A DNA stretch of 63,663 nt, the filler included, from Squatina squatina (taxonomy: Eukaryota): NCBI GenBank assembly GCA_031763465.1. It is 4 parts of 4 records of this genome, joined end to end, with 100 filler letters (N's around TTAATTAATTAA, not from the genome) between each part and the next. Parts side by side here need not be neighbours in the genome. Positions count along the whole stretch, not along the records: positions 37,488 to 51,440 come from JARFOE010000001.1; positions 51,541 to 63,663 come from JARFOE010000057.1; 2 more parts are not named here. One strand, given 5' to 3'. The notes beneath the pieces are model-generated. The model made no database searches, was not told the DNA's origin, and saw only the letters and a list, made by a program, of their open reading frames with translations. Positions 40,181-53,330 of the stretch are shown here, piece after piece (the stretch's first letter is position 1; each line of letters begins with the position of its first letter). A program made the position numbers and the translations under genes.

Positions 40181-41920
40181 TTCATTTAGCACAAAGGGTA
40201 TTTTCACAAGGATAAATTCTTCTTTCGATTGTGAGCAGCTTTGTTTCAGCATAGCAAAATTTTAGCATCAACATATTTACCATATGAATGCCAGGATGAT
40301 TTTGTGATCCTGGACTCCTAGCAAGCAGTTGCATTCAATGGGAGAACATGCCAGAGAACCAGAGCTACCGCGTTGTTGCCTTATCTCCATCCCATGCTCC
40401 TTGAGTGTTAATTTCCACCTGGGAGAACAGAATTGTGGAATTACAGCTAAAATGAGCTCTTACAATTGCATGCATTCTAAGAATTAACATAGCATGGAAA
40501 TGGGAAAAAACCATCACGCCTTCTCATTCCACAGACCGTAAAATCTATCTTCTTGTTCACTTGCTGCCACCTTATTAATATTTTGAGAGAAAGCCCAGCA
40601 TAACTTTGAAAGTGACAACAACAGAGTTTTCATCCTCTAGCAAACAGGATAAAATTCTATTGATATTTTGTTGCACTGTTTTAGCATAGCTGGAGATAAA
40701 ATGAAAGCTCTCTTTCCTGACTAAATTTCAAAATGGAGACCAGAACCCACTTATCTGTAAGGCTCAGGCCAGGTTGTTCAATACGTAGGGCATTTGTCCT
40801 CGGCGCGGATCAAATTATGCATGGTTGAAGCATTGACAGATATGAGAGAACTGGAAGAAGTATGAACACTTCTTTAGCAGGATATACAGCATCCCCTACA
40901 ATTGGACCATTAATCAAAGATTAGTGACAGGTTAGGCTTCAGAGGCTTTTGGTCTGTTTAAGTCAGGGGAATGTTTTCATTTCTTTCGCTGTTACTGAGG
41001 ATCTAAATCCGTGGATTGGAAATTCACAAGATCCATGAACAACATCACAACAAGAAGGTCTATGAAAGANNNNNNNNNNNNNNNNNNNNNNNNNNNNNNN
41101 NNNNNNNNNNNNNNNNNNNNNNNNNNNNNNNNNNNNNNNNNNNNNNNNNNNNNNNNNNNNNNNNNNNNNCTGCATCGGAGAATCATCCATGCTCTTGTTA
41201 TCTGAACTGTCTCTAACTAAAGCGTTGAAGAGTGTGAGGAAAATCTGAAAAAAATGTCGCAAATTTTGATAATAACTTTGCTGTATCTATATGGATAGAA
41301 AAGGTCAGTATTCCCGAAACTGAGCTATGTTGAATTCTCAAGAATATCAATATCAAAATTGAGCACCTGTATTTGTTATACTGTTCCAGTACTCCCTACA
41401 GCATTGTTAAATTCTCTGTAATACTGTAGAAATTTCATTAATATATAAATATAAATCTACACCAAAAATAAAATAAAATATGGAAAGAAACTCTCAGGGA
41501 AGAAAGAATAAAATTGGTTTCTGCACAACTTAATTATGTGTGTAACATTGGAATCTAGTCAGTAACAAAGCAACTCAAATGATTCATATCTAATAGCCAA
41601 TTGCAAAATCAAGGAAACGTTCAGCCATAAAGAACTCAGATCAGTTCCAAGAGGTGTTTTAATGAAAGGCTTTCCTTGTTACAATCAGTATACTGACATG
41701 CAGACATTGATCTACAATACCAAATGCACTCATAATAAACTGCACTCCCAGAAAATGCCAATATGTATTTAAAGAGTCACTGGATTGTAAATCAATACAT
41801 CTATTTATATGAATGATGACTGTAAACCCCATGAGAGAAAAAGTTGCACTCCTGTACAAAATCCAAAAAGTTTTACAAGAAAAGATTTGGGGCTAGAAAT
41901 TCATCTCCTGTTGCGCCTCA

Positions 41921-42337
41921 TTACATAAGAACATAGGAAATAGCAGCAGGAGTAGGCCATTCAGCTCCTCGAGCCTGCTCCGCCATTCAATACGATCATG
42001 GCTGATCTACCTCATGCTATTTTCCTGTGCTATCCCCATAATCCTTTGAAGGCTTTAATATCTAGAAATCTATCAATCTCTGTTTTGAATGTATTCAATG
42101 ACTGAGCCTCCACAGCCCTCAGGTGGTAGAGAATTCCAAAGATTCACCACCCTCTGAATGAAGAAATTTCTCCTCATCTCAGTCCTAAATGGCTATTCTG
42201 AGATTGTGACCTCTGGTTCTAGACTCCCCAGCCTGGGGAAACATCCTTCCTGCATCTGCCCTGTCGAGCCCTGAAAGAATTTTGTATGTTTCAATGAGAT
42301 TATCTCTCATTCTTCTAAACTCTAGAGAATACAGGCC
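41921..42337 (-). mobile_element. CR1 LINE 3' end
   Basis: GLYSLEFRRMRDNLIETYKILSGLDRADAGRMFP...SRTRGHNLRI, plus a 3' UTR ending in (TTCTTATG)-type repeats. Confidence 0.92.
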
Positions 42338-43298
42338 NNNNNNNNNNNNNNNNNNNNNNNNNNNNNNNNNNNNNNNNNNNNNNNNNNNNNNNNNNNNNNN
42401 NNNNNNNNNNNNNNNNNNNNNNNNNNNNNNNNNNNNNATTGCAAATGTATATAAATTCATGCATTACAATTGGATTTTTCTTGCCACCGCTGCTCGCTTG
42501 TAAGCTTTTCCTAGATTGAATACCTGTTCAGATAAATGCTGCTCTGCAGACAGCCACATGATGGCACACATGTTGGGGTGACAGGACCTCTTTTTTCATA
42601 CTCTCTCACATAGGAAATGACTGACCTTTGGCCAGCAGCTTCCCACAACAGAATGGCAGTGGTCTAACAAATTAGACCACTGTGCCGTCTCCTGCAATCT
42701 GTCCAAAGCACCTAGAAATGTGGAAACATTTATCTTTTCACAGATATATGTTACACAAGTAGACTTGCATACAGTACCAAGCTAATTCAGAGACCATTAT
42801 CACATTCAGAGGAAAATAGTGTGCCGATTCATTTTAAATGGAAACAGAACAGGTGACCAGCATGCAGTCATGCTACCACCCCATGTTTATTATTGATCAA
42901 ATACAGCAAGGCAAGAAATATTGCACAACAGCGAGAGGGAGGATAATTTTAACTTTTGGTAATATTTTAAAATGGATATGGAGAATTATAATCGACCATA
43001 AAATATTACTTCCAATATTCTTAGAATGAAACACAATGGTAATGTTGTTATGGTGCTCTTTTGGTGCCAAATGTTCATTATTAAAAAGCTCATAAATATG
43101 CTATTCTCTGTGTGCTTTTACTAAAGGGTCAATTTTTAAAAATTGCATCCAGAGATGTTATGCAATGTTTTTCTTTTTCCGTGTCCACTTACAATTAAAT
43201 AAAGTTTTATTTTCCACAAGGTTGTTATTTTAATGTGTAGAAGAGAGCAACCAGATTGTACATAATTGATGCATGAAATTCCACAAATCCGCCATCTT

Positions 43299-43406
43299 AA
43301 GAAGTCCAGAAGGAACACAGCCAGTTTCTCTGACAAGGAGATAGATACCCTAAATGAAGAAATTAAACTGTGTGGAAAAGAACAGCTTGGCAAGAGCAAA
43401 GCCTAA
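43299..43406 (+). mobile_element. probable Harbinger Myb/SANT remnant
   Basis: KKSRRNTASFSDKEIDTLNEEIKLCGKEQLGK* resembles the RxxxFSxxEIxxLxEEI start of Myb/SANT-like domains. Confidence 0.4.
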
Positions 43407-45068
43407 TTAAATCAACAAAGAAAAATCTGACATGGATTACTTGGAAGCTAATATTGGGGTTGATTTTCCTCTACAGTTACACTGCTTCCCTGGTGTAACT
43501 CTGATGGNNNNNNNNNNNNNNNNNNNNNNNNNNNNNNNNNNNNNNNNNNNNNNNNNNNNNNNNNNNNNNNNNNNNNNNNNNNNNNNNNNNNNNNNNNNNN
43601 NNNNNNNGACAGAATCGATAGACATCATAGAGTTTCACTCAAAAGCCTTTGGATCCGAGGGAGAACATTTGTAGAACTTTCCCAGTAGAGGTTAATTGAA
43701 TTAGGTAGAGCACATGGGCTGTACATGGACTGTGCAAGTGATGTGCTAGGTGGCCTTTTCTTTGGTATGATTTTATTTACGTTAATTAACAATCATGTCA
43801 CATACTGCAATGCTCTGATGCACCAATGCTGTTGTTGTTTCATAATAGAATTTCACTTTTCACTTTAAAACAAACTGTTTTGGTAGATAAGATGATAATA
43901 GTTTCACCAAAATACCACTGAAAATAATACAATTTAGCTGTGAATACTGCAAAAGAATTTAGAGTTAGTGGTATTGCACATTTCACTCATTTTACTTTAT
44001 AATATGCAGAATTACATAATTTACAATGGAAACACCTTTGGAGATATATAAGAGAACGTTTGCATATCTACAAAACTGAATAGGAGATACAGTATTTAAA
44101 TAATTCATAATGTCAATAGGTTCCCACTAAATAATTTAACACTTGCAGAAAATGCATTTTATTCGATTAGTTAAGATTCCTTTTCAATGCTTAGGGATTG
44201 CCATATAGTTTATATAAATAACAGCAACAATGAGCCACAGGTGACCTGATTATTGGTTACTGGCACTTGCTGCAATTTATTCTCTGAAACAGCAAGAACA
44301 TTTCCACTATCGGAGTTTTTGAATTTAAACTTGTTGGGCCGGGGTTCAATTCTAATCAGTGCTTAGCTGCCTTAAATTGTCATATCTCACTGAAGCTGGA
44401 CCAAATGCACCAGCCCAAGGCAGCTAGAAATGCTGATTAAAATGAAACCCTTGAGCGCAATGGACTTGAGTGCAACATATTTGTCTAGCATTTGGTATTT
44501 CCCCAGGCACCTGCCTCTTTCTCATTTTAATGCTCTTCCACACTATAGTTAGAATGTTTTAAACTGCTGTTTGATGAGGTGCTTGTCACTTTTGCAAGAA
44601 CTCTCGCAATCAAGCAACTGGTATGAAGCCAGCCCCACGGCCATGGAAATCTTCAAAAGAAGAAATAGAGAAACACTATTGCGTGCATTAGTAATTCACT
44701 CTAAAATCCCTTGTGGATGCTGTTTCCTATTCCCTGCTTTCCTTCAGCCTTCTGGGGGTAAGAAGGAAGAGGGAGAATAAAGTGGGAATATTGTTTGTAC
44801 AAGAGACCTTTCCGTGATCTTTATCAGTAGTTATGTAGTATGAAGTATAGTTGCACAGTGAGCTGAGTTTATCATTTTCTCCTCTGCCATCAATTCACCT
44901 CCCTGAAGAAAAACATTTCCATGGTGCCTGCTTTATAACCAATAGCACTCATTTATAGCTTCCACAAGNNNNNNNNNNNNNNNNNNNNNNNNNNNNNNNN
45001 NNNNNNNNNNNNNNNNNNNNNNNNNNNNNNNNNNNNNNNNNNNNNNNNNNNNNNNNNNNNNNNNNNNN

Positions 45069-45758
45069 TCTACGATGTCTTCTGGCCCTCAGGTACCTCA
45101 TGTGCCGTCACTGGAGTTCCCAGTCAACCACAAGTGCAAGGGAGAGAACTGCCGATTTCGTCAAATATCACAAAATCTCTATAAAAGTCAGAAGTGTGTT
45201 AAAGGGAGGCAGCAAAGATCAGAGGCAGCTGTTTGAGCTTCAGGGAGGTCCCAATCAACTTACAATTGAAGCCCTCTTCCACCGATTTATATAGTGATTT
45301 ATAAACCTTGATGGTGTGCTCAGCAATCAGCTACATTAACTTTCAGAGTGGCATGATGAGGCTGCAATGCTCAGAAGCAGCTGTTTTGAGCATCAGGGAG
45401 GTCTCAATTAACTGTCAATTGAAGCGCTCTTCCAGAGATTTTGATAGCTCTGGAAATCATCAGCTCAAGCATGTCAATGTCCAAAAAACAGGGCACCGCT
45501 ATTTTTAAGTGTCACCAGCCTTGACGAATTCAGCAGCAGGCTGCCATTTTGGGCGTTGCACCCACTGATGACATCATCCAGACCAGCTACCACCAAAATT
45601 AAAGTTTCCAGCTTTACCAGATTTGCGCCAGTTTAGCACCATTTCTTTGGGGACCCGAATTGTCCGATGCTAAAGTTAGCGCCAAAAGTCAGCGTTAAGC
45701 ATTTAACGCTGATTTAGCGCTCATTTAGTGCCCCAAAAAAACCCCGAATTGGGTGCCC
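45069..45758 (+). mobile_element. non-autonomous Harbinger-type element, right part
   Basis: TTTAGCGC subterminal motifs and the end CCCGAATTGGGTGCCC. Confidence 0.6.
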
Positions 45759-45849
45759 AATGTCTCTTCGGAAACTAATCAGGCAATGTTAATGTGTCTC
45801 ATGAGTCACAGTTAACTTGCATCTTCCTGTAGATCGAAAGTTAACTGTC

Positions 45850-45975
45850 TCAGGTCCTACAGACCACAGCTAGAGTACTGAATGCAGTTCTGGTCACCGC
45901 ACTATAGGAAAGATGTAGTGATACTAGAGAGGATACAGAAGAGATTTACAAGTACATTGCCTGGATTGGAGAATC
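45850..45975 (+). mobile_element. CR1 ORF2 fragment
   Basis: RPQLEY*MQFWSPHYRKDVVILERIQKRFTSTLPGLEN. Confidence 0.85.
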
Positions 45976-45984
45976 ATCCAGATC

Positions 45985-46134
45985 ACCTAACGTGAAAATG
46001 AACATTTCCAGCCTTACCAGGTTTGCGCCCGTTTAGCGCCATTTTTTGAGTGACCCGAAATTGTCCGACGCTAAATTTAAAACCATAAATCAACTCATTC
46101 AGCGCCCCCCAAAAAAAACCCGAATTGGGCACTC
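45985..46134 (+). mobile_element. second right end of the same DNA transposon family
   Basis: Diverged copy of about 45590-45758, ending CCCGAATTGGGCACTC. Confidence 0.65.
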
Positions 46135-47032
46135 GATGTCCTTTGCACATGTTGGACAGATGGATGTGCTGCCCCCAGTCAAAGCAGAATTTCCACAGTC
46201 CAGTGCAAGGCGAGATCATGGTCACACTTCTAACACAGCTGCTATTTATGATGCCCTGGGAGAAAATATCATGCAGCTGTAGAATCATCAGAGGGTGGAA
46301 AGTAAAGATTTGAAATTAAAAAGGAATTCCAATGAGCTTTCAAACTGCCTTACACCTTATCTGGACACTGTATTTTTTGCTTTCTGTGTTTATATGAGTT
46401 TATTTCTATCAGCATCATCTTTGATGCAACATGCCCATTATCTGAGTTTTTTTTTAATTGTTATTTTAGGATTTTTTTTCAAACTACATAAACTTAATGA
46501 ACCAAAAATCACATTTACAATCATCACAGTCAATTGGTATGAGGGGCCTTCAAAATATTATTTACACAGCATTAATAATTAACACTCACTACTTTGACAC
46601 TTCACTTCTTGCCAAATAACACAGCATTTCATTAGAAGCACAAACAGGAAGCTTGCACAGACAAGGTAACAGTACAACTGAAGTGTTGTGTTGCTGTGGA
46701 GACGAGGTCTAATTATAGCAACACAGAAGTGCATATCTGAGTCTACTCAGACTCCAGTCATAAAAGTTGACAGAGCAATGCAAAGTAATTCATGGCTATT
46801 TACATTGTAAAACTGATTTGACTAAGGAGGTTCAGCAGGGTGCTGATGTTGACAATACTTTGGAATCTACTCCATTTACACCGCAGCGTGTGTAATCGCA
46901 TCAGGGAAATGGTCCATACCGGACCCAAGGTAACAAATGCATTGCTATCAGGGTGGACTGAGATCTGTCTACAGTCGAAAGAAATAGCAGCCCTTTGCAT
47001 CCACTATTATAAGCAAAGCAATATAGTATCAA

Positions 47033-47124
47033 GGTGTCAGCCTTGGCTCAGGGGTAGCATTCTCGCTTCTGGGTCAGAATGTCATGGCCCTGCTCCAGAG
47101 ACTTGAGCACATAAATCTAGGCTG
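47033..47124 (+). mobile_element. SacSINE1-like 5' head
   Basis: Matches 14032-14130, including ACTTGAGCACATAAATCTAGGCTG. Confidence 0.8.
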
Positions 47125-47789
47125 NNNNNNNNNNGGTTCAGACCCTATTCCAGAGATATAAGTGCCTATTTTAACTTGGGATGGGACTTAGGTGAGTGCG
47201 GACCAAGGCAATCAGCAAACTGACCTGACCGCGGAAATATGAGACGCGGATGACTTTAACTCCCAGATCAGATCTGCATACCCCTGCTCCATTCTCCCTC
47301 TGAAAACAGCAGGAAGTGGCAGCTATACAGTGGGCAGTAACAGAATGTCGGGAAGCAGGAGGTCATCTCTGAAGACCAAATAAATAGTCCCAAGCACTCT
47401 AATAAGTCTTAGGGTTGGGGTTTAGTGAAGGCCTCAGGATNNNNNNNNNNNNNNNNNNNNNNNNNNNNNNNNNNNNNNNNNNNNNNNNNNNNNNNNNNNN
47501 NNNNNNNNNNNNNNNNNNNNNNNNNNNNNNNNNNNNNNNNTGAGGGAAGACACTGATCAGCAGATAGCAAGCATGAATTAAAACTGCCAATCATAATGTT
47601 CAAAACATGGGAAGTCAGCAACAGCTACCAATAAAAAGAAAAGATGAAGTAATGAAATAACTCAAAAAATATTTTGACAATCCTTTCATCCACCATTTGA
47701 CTTTTCCACAAAAGTGAGAACTTTAGAATAATGAACAGACAGATAGACTCCAATCTGTTCTCATCCTGTACTTTCCCAGCCTTCTAAAG

Positions 47790-47995
47790 GACTTGTATTT
47801 TTTACAGCACCTTTTCATGTCTTCAAATGATCTCAAAGCATTTCACATGCAATTAATCACTAATGACATGCAGTCACTGTTGTTTTGAAGGCAAATGTAG
47901 CAGCCAATGTCCACATAGCAAGATTTCCACAAGCAGCAAATGAGATGATGAATGGCCAGTTAAAGTGTTTTTGATGATGTTGCTTGAAGCAGGAG
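47790..47995 (-). mobile_element. old SacSINE1-like 3' part
   Basis: Diverged reverse complement of about 14300-14495. Confidence 0.65.
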
Positions 47996-50066
47996 CATTG
48001 AACTAGTAGCCTCAAATTTCTATGGGTGTGTCACCAGATTCCTACTGTAACTTCAACAGCAGTGTCCTGGTTACAGATTTCACTGTCAGCCTTGTAAGGG
48101 ATTGAACCCCTGCCCAGCCCTTACAAAGCCAATGACATCAGGGGTGATGTCCAGGGGTGGGAACTTCCTATGCTGGGAGTTCCCATTTCCCTGGNNNNNN
48201 NNNNNNNNNNNNNNNNNNNNNNNNNNNNNNNNNNNNNNNNNNNNNNNNNNNNNNNNNNNNNNNNNNNNNNNNNNNNNNNNNNNNNNNNNNNNNNAAACTG
48301 GGTCTCTATTTCATTACATGCATGAGATGAATAAATGGGTATCAGTGACCTTTCTAATTATGTCTCAGTACAAGAAATCCTGGACTAATCTAACAACTTT
48401 AATGTGGTTCCCGCTAAGCAGCACACTTTTATGAGAGATCATTTACTTCAACCAGATGAATAATATGATGTTCATTTTTTTTGGAAAGGAAGCCAAAAAT
48501 ATTATATCGTGTGGTTGCACAGGAAGCACGTTTTACAAAACTGTACTTGCTTGTCAGAAAATAGTGCCCGTGTCTGTTTCTTTTCGGCCAGTTTGTGGCA
48601 GCACAGTCCCTGCGCTGCGTCACTGAATGTAGCTCTTGGTACCCGTGCATGAATGATGTATTATCAGTGTAGCTGGTGAGTGTTTATACACTGAAGCTCT
48701 GGGGTGACCATGAAGTACTCCAGTGAGGTCTGGAGCTTGTTTTTCAGATTTTTGTCATCATTTCCTATGCCACTTGCTGTAGGCCCTAGTGACTATTTAA
48801 AATAGTGGTGGTTCATATATAACATGGGACCTTTGACTTTTTCATAGTTTTTCATCTCCTTATTCACAACAGCAGGGGTATGACTAATGTCTCTTCTTCT
48901 GTCTATCAAGTTTTTTTTCTCTAATCTTTGTATTTTCTATTCCGTTTCTCCAGGAGGGCATTTGTACTTAGGTTCATTTAATTGATTATGAGGGACATTA
49001 TACCTGTATTATTTCTGAAAAAAAATCTTTTTTTAAAAGAGATTTTGAAAACACATTTGTGCTTGTTTTCACAGGTGTTTGTACTTGGAAAAGGGTTAGC
49101 CACAGCCTAGGAGGTTCTACCACACAGCACAGTGCAGTCAACTGTGCTGTGGGTCCTTTAGTTGTTAACAGTAGGTAAGGAGTTTAACAGATATTAATCA
49201 TCTGTGCATTACTCAGAGCTGTGTTTTAATTTCTGGCTGTGAACGCAAATATTGTACTGGGATAGTATTCTATTTTGTTTTGTAAAAGGAAAGAATATAT
49301 GATTCAAGTAAAAACACATAAATGGGTTTTGAAAAATGTGTTGTCTTGATTAGCTTTTTAACTTCTAGTTTCTGTCCCCAAATGGATAATTCCAATAGGA
49401 ATTCATTTACTTCATAATACTCACTGCTTTGTGCTCCATTTTAAGTAGTGGTACAGATGATGTACTCACCTCTCACTACAATATTTTCTCAAATACTGAA
49501 AGCAATAATATGACTGGGAAGGAAAGATGTAAAGGTAAAAAGAAAGCTACAATTTCTAAGAATATGAGATAAAATCAGAGCGGTCGGCCTATCTTTCTCT
49601 TTTAGATGTTGACCCATCTGCTGTGCATTTCCACCATTTTCCATTTTTATTGCTGTTATATAAAGGTAGATACCTGGATCCTACATTTCCAATGGGGAGC
49701 CTCACTCAAAGGGAGCACAGGTTGGAGACAGAGCTGCATTATGGGTGCACACATTCTTTTAAGTGTGAGATCAATGAATTCATTCAATACTGCACGTTGC
49801 TTGCTGCTCTTCCTCGAATTCAGAACCTGCAAAAATAATTCAGATCTCTATAACACAGCTCTTGCTACAACATATTTTTTGTACCGTCCCAAAGACAACC
49901 TTATTAAAATGTTTAATTTTCAGCCAAAAAAGTTAAAATCTAAAATATAGACAGAGCTTCATATGAAAGAGGCAGGAGGCAACTTTCTGTGGCGTAAATG
50001 TCAAAATTGCTGGCTCTCTGATTTTCAGACCAAATTTTTTTAAAGTTCATGTTAAAAAAGCATAAT

Positions 50067-50288
50067 GGGTAGATTTTAAAAAATAATGCTCCTGTGCATT
50101 TGTATGATGTAAATACATACCGGAAATGCAGGCTTGTTGGCAAGCGTGCCCCGTACAATTTTCCGTTCATAAATTTTCATTGACAGAAAATCATGTGGAG
50201 CATGGTCACCTCCGTGCCTGAATTCCTGCTATATGCTTCCAACAGGCGAAGCTCTGTGCTGGGAGCACTAATTTATAAAATCTTCCCC
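50067..50288. mobile_element. MITE-like element
   Basis: Imperfect terminal inverted repeats of about 26 bp, GGGTAGATTTTAAAAAATAATGCTCC / GGAGCACTAATTTATAAAATCTTCCC. Confidence 0.55.
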
Positions 50289-51440
50289 ATGTAAATGCTA
50301 CTGGCAATTTGGACCTTAAACTAATGGTTATGGTCTGAAATGCTAATGTTTAAAATGAACGTCAAGAATGATCCTAATTCCCTTCTTCATTTTGTTTCTC
50401 ATGAAGTACAGAGGGCTATCCAGCAAAATATTTATCTCTGCCTTTATTCNNNNNNNNNNNNNNNNNNNNNNNNNNNNNNNNNNNNNNNNNNNNNNNNNNN
50501 NNNNNNNNNNNNNNNNNNNNNNNNNNNNNNNNNNNNNNNNNNNNNNNNNAAAAATAAACTCTATTCAGTTTTTTTTCGGTGGCAAAGCAATGCCAGCAGG
50601 TTCATCCAGTTAGACTCGTAAAGTCGAAGTAACAATGGGTCCTATCCACTGCTGGTTGCAGCAGCCAGCTCAGCCTCTCAGCAGAGCAGTGAAGAGTGCG
50701 AGATGTTTTTACAGCTGAAAATAAGATGAAGCACCACAGGCCCCCCCCTTGCGCTCTCCATTAGCTGCTAAACTCCATGAAGTACACCACTCAATGCATA
50801 AACAAAACTTGTGGAAACCTTTCCCAAAAAGAGTGAAGGGGAAAAAAAGCCTTTTGATTTGAACAATGTAGGCTTACATTCTGTAGAGCACAATACAGAG
50901 GCATTTTTTAAAACAGTAATTAGATTGTCTTTCTGAATCAATGATACAAGGAAACAATCTTTTGAATTGTATTAAATCATCTGCATTAAGTATTTGTTTA
51001 CTTTCTTTAAAAAATGAAGCAATGAAATGATTACTTTGTTTCCCCGCAAAGGTTGATTTTACACAAAATTTAGAAAATAATCTTCTTGAGATACAATTTT
51101 GAAAATTAAATTAGGGCTAATTGTAGAGAAAATAAAACTTGAGGCAGGGTGAGATGGTCTCTAAATGCAAGCCTAAATAAAACTGAAACATGTGGGGAGT
51201 CTGAACTGCAGAAACAGTTCTACCGCTTTAAAACCAGGAGTATTTTTTTATTGAAGAAAAAAATTACATTTATTGCCCAGTGGCTCAGTTCATTTGTACA
51301 TTTCGTAGTGAGTCATACAGATATGAACTTCCCAGGTTTAGTTCTTAGAACAATTTGTGTTAGTTGACCTGAGTTAAGGTGGTAATAGGGCACCGTACAA
51401 TTGGCAATAATTGGCTGCAGCACCACATTCAATTGGGTTC

Positions 51441-51540
51441 NNNNNNNNNNNNNNNNNNNNNNNNNNNNNNNNNNNNNNNNNNNNTTAATTAATTAANNNN
51501 NNNNNNNNNNNNNNNNNNNNNNNNNNNNNNNNNNNNNNNN
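51441..51540. other. artificial scaffold linker N44-TTAATTAATTAA-N44
   Basis: Spacer at 51485-51496. Confidence 0.95.
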
Positions 51541-51958
51541 TACGTACTTTTCGTATTACAAACTAAAATTTGAATGTTTTTACAGCTTTTCAATTAAAAA
51601 AACATTACATTTGTTTTTTTATATTTCAGTACTTTACCTAATGATGATAGGTACTCTGTTTGGACAAGAATTTGTTTCGGATCTTTATTTTTTGTAAATC
51701 AAAACTAAAATTATTCTGGTTTGCACACTAGATTTAGTGCTCTTCTGTTTAACATTTCAGAGTTTATAAGGTTGAAGAATGTGCTGATTGTGCTGATTAA
51801 GTTATGATTTTTATTTTGGCTTTTTTCTTTGGGTGTTGCTGCTAAAATGTTGTATTGATAAGACACTTACATTTGCACAGCAGGATTCATTTATCAAGAC
51901 CACAACAGTGCCTACATAACATGATACAAGTATGATTTTATACCCAGCAAAAAGCCAT

Positions 51959-52073
51959 GGGGATGAAATTCCTTCTGTCAATCATTTTAGCAAAGAAAAC
52001 TCAGCCCAATTCTCTATTTTGTGCTCACACTTACCTTTTCTGTAAAATTAGTGAAAGCAAGAATTTTATCCCC
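51959..52073. mobile_element. short MITE-like element
   Basis: Terminal inverted repeats GGGGATGAAATTC / GAATTTTATCCCC. Confidence 0.55.
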
Positions 52074-52533
52074 AAGTCTGCTTGCGTGATTGAGCATTTA
52101 GGAAATTAATAAGGGAGGTTGCTGCCAGATTATAGAGTAAGACTGGGCAGTCTGGGAACTTGAGGCCAAACTTTCAAACCTTCTTCAATAAACTCTTAAG
52201 CATAGCTTGACTTCGCACTCGGGGCCTATTTTCCCTTTACGGAATGCAGTCAAAACTCAACCTCGCGGTGAATTTGCATCCCCTTCCCCTATCTCTCAGG
52301 TGCTGCACATACTTAAGTAGAGTGCCTGAGTGCGCAATTATGATATTCACTTTAAGGGCAACATATTATTTGGTTTGTAAAAGGAGTTTGCAGTCTATTT
52401 TGTGCAAGGCACATAGCAAAAGTTTTATTCTGCNNNNNNNNNNNNNNNNNNNNNNNNNNNNNNNNNNNNNNNNNNNNNNNNNNNNNNNNNNNNNNNNNNN
52501 NNNNNNNNNNNNNNNNNNNNNNNNNNNNNNNNN

Positions 52534-52743
52534 CACATCAGTAAACGTGCTACCTACGTACCTCTCAGCATCGTGGATACTCCACAATGAATCCACCTGC
52601 AGCTCTAGCTCCGCAATGTGGTCTGCCAATAGCTGCAGCTGGAAACATTTCTTGCACACATGGTCACCAGGGACACTGGAAGTGTCTCTGATTTCCCACA
52701 TAGTGCAGGAGGAGCATGCCATGGGTCCGAGCTCTCCTGCCAT
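52534..52743 (-). mobile_element. CR1 ORF1 N-terminus (zinc finger and leucine zipper)
   Basis: MAGELGPMACSSCTMWEI...DHVCKKCFQLQLLADHIAELELQVDSLWSIH: CxxC..CxxC followed by heptad leucines. Confidence 0.85.
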
Positions 52744-52827
52744 GAATTAACCTATAACTCAAAGCCTACTAATTATACTTGGGCCTTATTTCACTCTCAA
52801 CACTCCCCCACACAATCAAACTCACTT

Positions 52828-53145
52828 GGGTGGCAAATTCGTGTTGCTGGCGTTTCTAGCGCTAAGCGCCGAATTTCATGTTGGAAATGGGACGCTTTGA
52901 AAATTTTCCTTCAACCCTCCAATTAGCCACTTTAGGTTTGGAGCATTCAAACACGTGCAAACGTTAATGTTAAGGGACCCATAGTGAACTGATCTATTCG
53001 TGGTGTTCATGCAAATGCCACAGCTTGCTTCCAACCTGACAGCCCACTTAATTCCAGAGTTTGCTTCCAACCTGACAGTCCACTTAATTGCTCAGTTGAC
53101 TTCAGTGCTTCCAACTTCTTTGTCGGCCACTTAATTGCTTCCAGC
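52828..53145 (+). mobile_element. non-autonomous DNA transposon, left part
   Basis: The start matches 28051-28130, and TTCCAACCTGACAG(C/T)CCACTTAATT is repeated internally. Confidence 0.6.
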
Positions 53146-53189
53146 TGCATGTGTCCCACATATAGCCTTGCTGACTGCTTAGTTAACTC

Positions 53190-53330
53190 AGTTCACAGCT
53201 CAAACAGAACAGCTCACACAGCTCCTGCTCAGCCCCTGTTCACTTCACACAGCCCCTGCTCAGTTCACACAGCCCCTGTTCACTGCTCGGGCTCAGCTCA
53301 CACCGCCCCTGCTTGGCTTACAGCATCTGC
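53190..53330 (+). repeat. degenerate tandem repeat with a TCACACAGCCCCTG core
   Basis: About five imperfect copies are visible. Confidence 0.7.

Noticed and set aside
46140-46280. Minus-strand TGLWKFC, a claudin-like GLWxxC motif
   Set aside because: Isolated short motif with no transmembrane segment or clear donor, and it abuts a repeat.
48502-48650. Minus-strand KKQTRALFSDKQVQFCKTCFLCN (homeodomain-like start) and RDCAATNWPKRNRHGHYF (GATA N-finger-like)
   Set aside because: The first hits stops and has no WFxNRR helix. The second lacks the cysteine pairs and lies beyond a linker.
53020-53330. CRISPR-like or other regularly spaced array
   Set aside because: Degenerate tandem units without constant-length unique spacers, in a vertebrate repeat context.
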